39,389 bases of DNA from a virus. Its lineage: Duplodnaviria; Caudoviricetes. Below are positions 32,928 to 39,389 of this stretch, one piece after another. A program made the position numbers and the translations under genes. The first letter of the stretch is position 1; each line of letters opens with the position of its first letter. Below the pieces are notes generated by a model. It worked only from the letters and a program-made list of their open reading frames with translations. It had not been told where the DNA came from and made no database searches. The stretch is taken from positions 1 to 39,389 of the IMG/VR virus record IMGVR_UViG_3300037311_000459. One strand, 5' to 3'.

Positions 32928-33245
32928 ATGCCGCTGACGAAGTTGCATTCCAAGACGGCCTGGCGCCGGGAGTTCAAGTCGCTCGCTTGCGCCGCGCGTC
33001 GCACGGCGGCCAAGCCGTCACTGTCGCACGATCAGCTGGTCGACCGAATTGCAAACGTGATCGTCGATCGCACCGCCGCCTCGGGCAGCTGCACCGAAGC
33101 GGATCTGGTCGCGGCCGGCTTTTCCGCCGAAGAGATCGCGCGGCACAAGGACGATGCCATCGCCCGCGCGCGCCAGGCCACGCATGCCACCTTGCATGAC
33201 GGCCACTTCCCCGCGCCCGTCAAGCGCCGGGGGGTCCGCCGATGA
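32928..33245 (+). CDS. Hypothetical early protein
   Basis: GGAG RBS; CTEADLVAAGFSAEEI pattern; ATGA coupling to the next gene. Confidence 0.7.
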   Translation: MPLTKLHSKTAWRREFKSLACAARRTAAKPSLSHDQLVDRIANVIVDRTAASGSCTEADLVAAGFSAEEIARHKDDAIARARQATHATLHDGHFPAPVKRRGVRR

Positions 33246-33529
33246 CCGCCGCCATCCTCGACTTCGCCCACGCCTTCTCCGCCCGCAGCATCGGCTGCGC
33301 GAAGCACGAACTCGTTCGCCACGTCACCGTCGACGAAGTCATTGGCCGCATCCCCGTCTATCGCATGGGCGAAGAGGTGACCGTCGCCGGCTGGCCCGGC
33401 ATCGGCGTGATAACCGGCCACAAACTCGGCCGCTTCTTCGTCCAGTTCCCCGGCTGCACGGTCAACGCCTTCGCGGCGCAGCTGACGCCTGTGCGCTCGG
33501 TTCCCGCCAATGAGGGGCGCGCGTCATGA
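33242..33529 (+). CDS. Hypothetical early protein
   Basis: ATGA overlaps at both ends. Confidence 0.65.
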   Translation: MTAAILDFAHAFSARSIGCAKHELVRHVTVDEVIGRIPVYRMGEEVTVAGWPGIGVITGHKLGRFFVQFPGCTVNAFAAQLTPVRSVPANEGRAS

Positions 33530-34146
33530 CGACCTGGATTGAAACCCATACCGGCCGCCGCTTCGACATCATGGAGCCCGCCGCGCACATGATCGACGTG
33601 CGCGACATCGCCTGGGCCCTGACCAACATCAACCGCTTCAACGGTCACACGACACGGCCCTGGTCGGTCGCGCGGCATACCGAGCTCGTCGCCGACATTG
33701 CGGTTACGCTTTGCGCCGATATGGGCGTCGACGAAGCGCAGATGCCGATGGTCGCCGCCCATGCCTATCTGCACGACGCGCATGAAGCCTATATCGGCGA
33801 TATCGTCTCGCCGCTGAAGACTGCGATGCGCAAGCATGGCATGCCGCTCTGGCCCATCGTCGACCCGATCGACCAGGCAATCCGGGATCATTTCGGCCTG
33901 CCCAAGCCCGTCGGCGAGATCCTGGCCATGGTCCGCGACGCGGATCTGATCGCCCTCGCTGTCGAGAAGCGCGACCTGCTGTCCGATCTGCCCTGGGAAC
34001 AGAAGCTGCCGGCGGCGCCGGACCGTTTCACCATCGCCGACTATCCGCCGCGCAACCACCTGCGCTTCGCCGACGCCATGTCTTCGGCGATCGTCGCCGC
34101 TGGCGGGCGCAGGCCCGACATCGCCCGGATGGTGTCCGCCCAATGA
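33526..34146 (+). CDS. HD-domain phosphohydrolase (YfdR/YfbR-like)
   Basis: DIAWAL..INRFNGHT..WSVARH...LHDAHEAYIGDIVSPLK...ADL. Confidence 0.88.
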   Translation: MTTWIETHTGRRFDIMEPAAHMIDVRDIAWALTNINRFNGHTTRPWSVARHTELVADIAVTLCADMGVDEAQMPMVAAHAYLHDAHEAYIGDIVSPLKTAMRKHGMPLWPIVDPIDQAIRDHFGLPKPVGEILAMVRDADLIALAVEKRDLLSDLPWEQKLPAAPDRFTIADYPPRNHLRFADAMSSAIVAAGGRRPDIARMVSAQ

Positions 34147-34340
34147 ACATGATGCCGAACGCGCGCCGGGCGCCCATGACGTTGCCGAAGCGCAACGCCA
34201 TCGCGACCCTGCGTCAGCAGATCGGCGAAATCCGGCACGTCGCGGCTTTCACGGCCCGCACCGACCCGGAGCAGGCGGACCTGATCCGGGCGGACGCAGA
34301 AGTGCTGCAGGAAGCCATCAAAGTCCTGGAGAGGCGCTGA
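34143..34340 (+). CDS. Hypothetical protein
   Basis: Coupled ORF filling the operon; helical. Confidence 0.55.
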   Translation: MNMMPNARRAPMTLPKRNAIATLRQQIGEIRHVAAFTARTDPEQADLIRADAEVLQEAIKVLERR

Positions 34341-34341
34341 C

Positions 34342-34674
34342 ATGCAGGCCGACCACGAAGACGCGCTGAAGACGATCCGCGGGAAGCTGTGGGGCGCCTG
34401 GGGCCGCGGCGTCATCGATACCGACGAAGAAGCCGCGGTCATGGATCTGATGCGGGTCAGTCCCACCGCCCGGCGGCGCCACGTCACCTTGATCGACTTC
34501 CTGGAACGCTGCGCCGGCAAACCGCAGGCCGTCGCGGCGATCACCCGGTTTGATCGCTTCTGCCGCGACGAGGACCGCGGGCTGGCGCGTGTTCCATCGG
34601 AATGGGACCGCGCCTTCCACTTCCGTCTCGACGTGATCAGCGGCGGCATGCCGCTCGTTTCCGCAACCAGATAG
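34342..34674 (+). CDS. Hypothetical protein
   Basis: GAGG RBS, fills the operon gap. Confidence 0.6.
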   Translation: MQADHEDALKTIRGKLWGAWGRGVIDTDEEAAVMDLMRVSPTARRRHVTLIDFLERCAGKPQAVAAITRFDRFCRDEDRGLARVPSEWDRAFHFRLDVISGGMPLVSATR

Positions 34675-34682
34675 GACCCTCC

Positions 34683-35882
34683 ATGAAGATCGTTCTCGAG
34701 CGCGAGGATCTGTTGCGCGCGACCCAGGCCTTGAACCGCATCGTCCCGCGCAAGACCACGCTGCCCGTCCTGCAGATGGTCCGGATCGAAGCCGACAGCA
34801 TCACGCATACCGTTTCGCTGCAGGGCACCGATATCGAGCGCTGGCTGGATCTGACGCTGCCGGCGACGGTCGAGAAGTCCGGCTCCGTCCTGGTGAGCGG
34901 ACAGGCCCTCGCCCGCGTCGCCGCCGCCGCGCCGGAAGGCGCGCAGATCGAACTGAAAGCTGGTGATGCCCAGATCTCGGTGAAGGCCGGAACGGCCCGC
35001 TTCCGGCTCGCGATCTCCACCGACGAATTCCCCGCCGCGAAGAAGGTGGACGAAGTGGATTCGGCCGAACTCTCTGGCGCCAGTCTCGGCGCGCTGCTGC
35101 AGCCGCTGATCCCGGCGATCTGCACCGATGAAACCCGCCACTACCTGACGGGGGTCTTCCTCCAGACCCGCGAAGTCGAAGGCGGCGCGACGAATGAGTT
35201 CCGCCTGCATGCCGTTGCGACCAACTCCAATATGCTGGGCTGGGCTGCGATGCCTCTGACCGATGCCGACGTGCCGGCCTTGCGCGACGGGGTCATTGTG
35301 CCGCGCGATACGGTCGCCGTCTTGCCGTCCCTCTTCGCCGATGGGGACATGGTGCAGATCCGCGCCACATCGGCGCTGCTGTCCTTCTCCACCGGCCAGG
35401 TCGAATTCGTCACGCGCCTGATCGACGGAGAGTTTCCCCAGGTCGACCGCGTGGTGCCGGAAGGTTTCGAGGCAAAGGCCACTGCGACGGCGACCGAGCT
35501 CGCCGACCTGGTCAAGCGTCTGTCGCCTTTCTCCGAAGGCAACAAGGACGGGCGCGCGGTGCACGCCCTGTTCACCAGGGGCAAGGTCGTGCTGGCGGCG
35601 GGTCAGGGCGATCATAGCGGCCGGGCGGAATGCCCCATAGACTATGACGGCCCGGACTGCCCCTATGCCTTCGCCGACCGTCTGCTGCAGCCGGCCGTCG
35701 ACGCACGGGAAAGCCAGACCCTCCGGCTGCAGCTGATGCCGGCCGGCAATCGATCGCCCATGATGCGCATCGACTATGACGACGCCCCGGGGCTGCCCTC
35801 GCTTTTCTTTCTGATCTCGACCCTGCGGGTGGCCATGCCGGACATCGCCAATGACAACGCGGGCGAAGAGGCGGCGGCATGA
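34683..35882 (+). CDS. dnaN: DNA polymerase III beta sliding clamp, divergent phage copy
   Basis: [11 protein letters not shown]...[39 protein letters not shown]. Confidence 0.9.
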   Translation: MKIVLEREDLLRATQALNRIVPRKTTLPVLQMVRIEADSITHTVSLQGTDIERWLDLTLPATVEKSGSVLVSGQALARVAAAAPEGAQIELKAGDAQISVKAGTARFRLAISTDEFPAAKKVDEVDSAELSGASLGALLQPLIPAICTDETRHYLTGVFLQTREVEGGATNEFRLHAVATNSNMLGWAAMPLTDADVPALRDGVIVPRDTVAVLPSLFADGDMVQIRATSALLSFSTGQVEFVTRLIDGEFPQVDRVVPEGFEAKATATATELADLVKRLSPFSEGNKDGRAVHALFTRGKVVLAAGQGDHSGRAECPIDYDGPDCPYAFADRLLQPAVDARESQTLRLQLMPAGNRSPMMRIDYDDAPGLPSLFFLISTLRVAMPDIANDNAGEEAAA

Positions 35883-36163
35883 CCCTGGCACAGGCGCAGA
35901 TCCTTCACCGTCTGGCGGACCTGATCTGGAACCTGTCGTCCGGCCAAATCGAAGCCGGGCGGCTAAAACCTTCGGACGATGCCGGTCGGCAGTGGCTGCT
36001 GTCCCGTCACTTCCAGGACGACTTGCGCTTTGACTCCCTCGACCTGATCGAACTTGTGATGGAAGTCGAAGAGGAATTCGACATCGAAGTGGACGACGAA
36101 GAGGCGGAAGCCTGCCTGACCGTCCGCCAGGCGGTCGAACTGATCGATAGGAAGCTGTCATGA
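35879..36163 (+). CDS. acpP: Acyl carrier protein-like
   Basis: [37 protein letters not shown] matches ACP helices II-IV with the phosphopantetheine Ser. Confidence 0.85.
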   Translation: MTLAQAQILHRLADLIWNLSSGQIEAGRLKPSDDAGRQWLLSRHFQDDLRFDSLDLIELVMEVEEEFDIEVDDEEAEACLTVRQAVELIDRKLS

Positions 36164-36609
36164 GCTCGTTGAACAAGGTCATGCTGATCGGCAATCTCGG
36201 GCGCGATCCGGAAATCCGGTCGACCCAGACCGGCGACCGCGTGGCGAACCTCTCGATCGCGACGTCCGAACGCTGGACCGATAAGCGCAGCGGCGAGAAG
36301 CGCGAGAAGACCGAATGGCACCGTGTCGTGGTCTTCAACGACAAGCTGGTCGACATCCTCGAGCGTTACGTCTCGAAGGGATCGAAGGTCTATCTGGAAG
36401 GCAAGCTTCAGACGCGGAAGTGGCAGGACCAGGGCGGCGAAGACCGCTTTACGACCGAGATCGTGCTAGCGAACTTCGACAGCAAGCTGGTGCTGATCGA
36501 CGGCCGCCGCGGCGACAACGACAATGGCGGCGAGGATGCCGGCGGTCACGCCCCGGCACAGCGTCCGCCGGCGCATCATCAAGACCTCGACGACGACATT
36601 CCGTTCTGA
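36160..36609 (+). CDS. ssb: Single-stranded DNA-binding protein
   Basis: [15 protein letters not shown]...TEWHRVV...[16 protein letters not shown]...DDDIPF. Confidence 0.97.
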   Translation: MSSLNKVMLIGNLGRDPEIRSTQTGDRVANLSIATSERWTDKRSGEKREKTEWHRVVVFNDKLVDILERYVSKGSKVYLEGKLQTRKWQDQGGEDRFTTEIVLANFDSKLVLIDGRRGDNDNGGEDAGGHAPAQRPPAHHQDLDDDIPF

Positions 36610-36878
36610 TGTCGCGCCCCCTTTTGCCAGATCGGCTGCGCACCGCGGCTATCGACAAGGAACCGGAAAGGCTTGGCGACGACCTTTTGTATGGCGCCAA
36701 GGCGATCCAGGAGGAACTGAAGCTGCGCAGCGTCAGGCAGGTCTATCACATGCGAGAGAAGGGCGCCGCGCCGATCTTCGAAATGGCGGGTATCGGGCTG
36801 GTCGCCCGGAAATCCACCCTCCGCGCCTGGATCAGGCGGCTGGAAGACGCAGTTGCCAACAGCAACGGCCGGCCCTAG
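36609..36878 (+). CDS. Excisionase-like DNA-binding protein
   Basis: DLLYGAKAI...RQVYHM...PIF...[10 protein letters not shown] pattern; TGATG coupling; upstream of the integrase. Confidence 0.7.
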   Translation: MSRPLLPDRLRTAAIDKEPERLGDDLLYGAKAIQEELKLRSVRQVYHMREKGAAPIFEMAGIGLVARKSTLRAWIRRLEDAVANSNGRP

Positions 36879-36901
36879 CCTGATCCCTTTGGGGAGGGCT
36901 C

Positions 36902-37213
36902 ATGGAAAAGATGCAGATCTCCGGCACCGTGAGTGGCCAATACAAGTATGTGGATGCCTGCCTCGGTTCCGTCTCCTTCGTCACAAATGGGCCGCAAGGC
37001 GGCGATGCCGGCCACGGCGGCTATCTGGAAGTGACATTCGACACCGCCAATTGCTCGACCGCGCTGGATGTGACCGTCGACGGCCGGCGCGCCGAGAACG
37101 TGCGAAGCGTCACGCTGCGCTTTGCCGGCGACGCGGAGATGCGGTCGGCGGCGGAGTGCTTCGAATTCCTGTCCCGCAAGCTCGCGGCGCTGCAGGGCCA
37201 CCCCGACGAATGA
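36902..37213 (+). CDS. Hypothetical protein (TNGPQGGDAGHGG motif)
   Basis: GGAGG RBS; lies between the xis-like gene and the integrase. Confidence 0.7.
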   Translation: MEKMQISGTVSGQYKYVDACLGSVSFVTNGPQGGDAGHGGYLEVTFDTANCSTALDVTVDGRRAENVRSVTLRFAGDAEMRSAAECFEFLSRKLAALQGHPDE

Positions 37214-37216
37214 CCG

Positions 37217-38446
37217 ATGCCGATCTATAAGCTCCGGCGACTGAACAAGGACGGCAGCATCAGCACGTTTTATCGCGCGGATGCGGGTGTCGATCCGATG
37301 ACCGGGAAGCGGCGCCGCAAGGTCTTCGCCCTACGCGGCGATGCCGATTCATGGATCAAAAACCTCCCCAAGGAAGAGACAGCCGGCGACACCACGTTGA
37401 AGCGGCTGGGCGAGCTCTTCGTTGCCGATCGGAAGGCGGCCGGCCGGGAGAAGGGGACCTGGATCAAATACGAACAGCACTTCGCCTCGCATATCGGCGC
37501 GATCGTCCTGTCTGACGGCGAGTTGAAGGGCCGCACCCTCGCCGACGTGCAGATCGGCCGCCTGCGCCCGCGGCACATGATGCAGCTGAAGACCGATCTG
37601 GTGCGCACGCGTTCCCATGCGATGGCGCTGAAGGTCTGGTCCACCATCCGCGCCGCCTTCGACTTTGCCGTGGCGGCCGAGCTCGTCGAAGTGAATGTGG
37701 CCGCGGCGATCAAAATCGACCGGAAGCCGCGCCTGTCCGCGGATGACAAGGTCCTGATCCCGAGCAAAGCGGACATTGCCGTGCTTTACGACGGGCTGCA
37801 GCCTCGCCCAGGCGAGCCCCTGACCTTCGGCCAGGTCTTCGTGTTGACCATGCTGTCCAGCGGTCTGCGCCCGAGCGAGATGCGCGGCCTGCGCTGGCCG
37901 TCCCTCTCGATCGACGGAAATGAATACGCGGTCAAGGTGGTGGAACGCGTCGATTCCTGGAACCAGGTGGGCAGCCCGAAATCCGCCGCCGGCTTCCGCA
38001 TCGTGCCCCTGCCGCCGTCGACGGCGCGCCTGTTGCGCGAATGGCGCCTGGCGTGCCCGAAATCGGCAAAGCGCGATCTCGTCTTTCCCACGGCCGGCGG
38101 CCACTACCAGAACCCCGCGAACATCCAGAACAGGATCTGGGTGCCGCTACAGAAGGCCTTGGGGCTCGCCGATGTCGTGCTGGATAAGGACGACCGGCCG
38201 ATCGTCGACGCCGCAGGCAGGCCCGTCACGCGCCACCGCTACACGCTCTATTCGCTGCGCCATGCCTATGCGTCGATCCAGATCGATCTCGGTATGGATG
38301 CGAAGACCCTGCAGCACCGCATGGGCCACGCGAGCATCCAGTTGACGCTCGACACCTACGGCCACCTGTGGCGCGACCCAGACCGCGACGCCGCCGACAT
38401 GTCGGCGATCGAAGGATGGTTTGCCGGGCTCCCGAAAGAGGCCTAG
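37217..38446 (+). CDS. int: Tyrosine recombinase / phage integrase
   Basis: SGLRPSE (R), PKS (K), YSLRH, MGH, TLDTYGH (Y). Confidence 0.95.
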   Translation: MPIYKLRRLNKDGSISTFYRADAGVDPMTGKRRRKVFALRGDADSWIKNLPKEETAGDTTLKRLGELFVADRKAAGREKGTWIKYEQHFASHIGAIVLSDGELKGRTLADVQIGRLRPRHMMQLKTDLVRTRSHAMALKVWSTIRAAFDFAVAAELVEVNVAAAIKIDRKPRLSADDKVLIPSKADIAVLYDGLQPRPGEPLTFGQVFVLTMLSSGLRPSEMRGLRWPSLSIDGNEYAVKVVERVDSWNQVGSPKSAAGFRIVPLPPSTARLLREWRLACPKSAKRDLVFPTAGGHYQNPANIQNRIWVPLQKALGLADVVLDKDDRPIVDAAGRPVTRHRYTLYSLRHAYASIQIDLGMDAKTLQHRMGHASIQLTLDTYGHLWRDPDRDAADMSAIEGWFAGLPKEA

Positions 38447-38474
38447 CATATGGTGATTCACCGGGGAGCATATC

Positions 38475-39083
38475 ATGGGCAAGTTTCTAGGCGTCGCGAC
38501 GGCGATTTCTCTCGCCGTGGTCAGCGCAACCGTTGCTGCGCAGGATAAGTCTGTCATCAACCCTGATGAACTGCTGTATCTGCAGGGTGGCGTTTTCATC
38601 ACCGGGAAGCAGGCCGATCTCTCGACCGGCAAGGCGGCAGATTGGGAAAAGTTGGACAGCAAGTCGTCATGGGATGATGTGACGAAACAGCTGAAGTCGA
38701 GTGGCTGGAACGAAGACTATGTCAGGGCGATGCTGCCGCCCGGCCACAACTATGACCTCTATCGCCAGACGCCGGCGCCCGGCACCACCAACTATCTAGC
38801 TGTGCCCATCGATGGCGCCGCCGGCGCGAAGCCGGTCACATTCGTCGCGCCCGGCTTGGGCTTCGTCTACGGCAAGGGAATAGATGTGATCGCCGGAGAA
38901 GACGCCGAAAAGACAACAGTCGATGAAATCAAGAAGGTCATGTTCGACAAGATGATGGCGGCGATCGATGGTGTGTGCGCTATGGGCAAGCGGAAGCCGA
39001 AGACCGTTACCCTGACGATCGACGCCTTCTCCTTCCTCGTCGCTGAGGCCACCTGGGAAACGGCGGAGGCGTGCGCGCCATAG
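38475..39083 (+). CDS. Secreted hypothetical protein
   Basis: GGGGAG RBS; signal peptide ending VAA-Q. Confidence 0.7.
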   Translation: MGKFLGVATAISLAVVSATVAAQDKSVINPDELLYLQGGVFITGKQADLSTGKAADWEKLDSKSSWDDVTKQLKSSGWNEDYVRAMLPPGHNYDLYRQTPAPGTTNYLAVPIDGAAGAKPVTFVAPGLGFVYGKGIDVIAGEDAEKTTVDEIKKVMFDKMMAAIDGVCAMGKRKPKTVTLTIDAFSFLVAEATWETAEACAP

Positions 39084-39389
39084 CTATAGCTGGCTTGGCT
39101 CTTGCGGTTCTATGCCGCCGATCTCGTCTTCGCGCGCCAGCCGCTCAGCCTTCTCACGCGTCTCGCGTTGCACGACAAGGTCAAGGCTGGCACCAGGCGA
39201 CGAATGCGATGCCATCTTTTCGCGGACAACACGCCAGCCACTCTGCCTGAAGCTGTCTAGGATGCTGGCCGCGATTTTCCGACGATCATCTTCGGTCAGT
39301 CGCTCACGCCCTCGATCTCCCAGCCGCAGACAGCGCATGGCATCGAAGACATCGAATTCGAGATGGCTGTTGTCGATGAAGACCCACAT
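39084..39389 (-). CDS. Hypothetical protein (may extend beyond the window)
   Basis: 101-aa ORF reaching the window edge. Confidence 0.4.
   Translation of the reverse strand: MWVFIDNSHLEFDVFDAMRCLRLGDRGRERLTEDDRRKIAASILDSFRQSGWRVVREKMASHSSPGASLDLVVQRETREKAERLAREDEIGGIEPQEPSQL

Larger units (their letters stand above)
1222..38446. mobile_element. Lambdoid (siphovirus-like) prophage, minimal extent from spanin to integrase; flanking ORFs may also belong to it
   Basis: Complete ordered set of modules: integration, immunity, replication, packaging, head, tail, lysis. att sites not found. Confidence 0.95.

Noticed and set aside
33526-34146. DatZ / Z-genome (2-aminoadenine) pathway
   Set aside because: No purZ, mazZ or dedicated polymerase in the window; an ordinary YfdR-like HD protein is more parsimonious
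34041-36356. 771-aa minus-strand ORF
   Set aside because: Antisense shadow of dnaN/acp/ssb in GC-rich DNA; Arg/Gly-rich, no motifs, no coupling

Overview
An apparently near-complete lambdoid (cos-type, long non-contractile tail) prophage in GC-rich DNA. The host is probably an alphaproteobacterium, judged from the GapR/DUF2312, DUF6127 and DUF6456-like genes and the ANDN motifs. The minus strand, read right to left from ~31.3 kb, carries: cro, cII-like, gapR, an RMF-like ORF, SNF2-like helicase, DNA methyltransferase, primase, D5/P4 helicase, an iteron origin, a DUF6456-like late regulator, cos, terminases, head genes (portal, protease-capsid fusion), tail genes (with a -1 frameshift chaperone) and lysis genes (DUF6127, TM-tailed lysozyme, overlapping spanins). 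The plus strand from ~31.3 kb carries: cI, then an early operon with an HD hydrolase, a divergent beta-clamp (DnaN), an acyl carrier protein, SSB, an excisionase-like gene and a tyrosine integrase. Cargo includes hicAB, a GrlR-like gene and several secreted or unknown proteins. Most notable: (1) a set of host-protein mimics (pocket-altered DnaN with an ssrA-like tail, ACP, GapR, RMF-like); (2) a Q/pR'/tR'-like late switch behind the DUF6456-like gene; (3) two antisense 'bridging' ORFs that are translationally coupled at both ends across oppositely oriented cargo genes. All calls are by eye from motifs and synteny; no database searches were run, and att sites were not identified.
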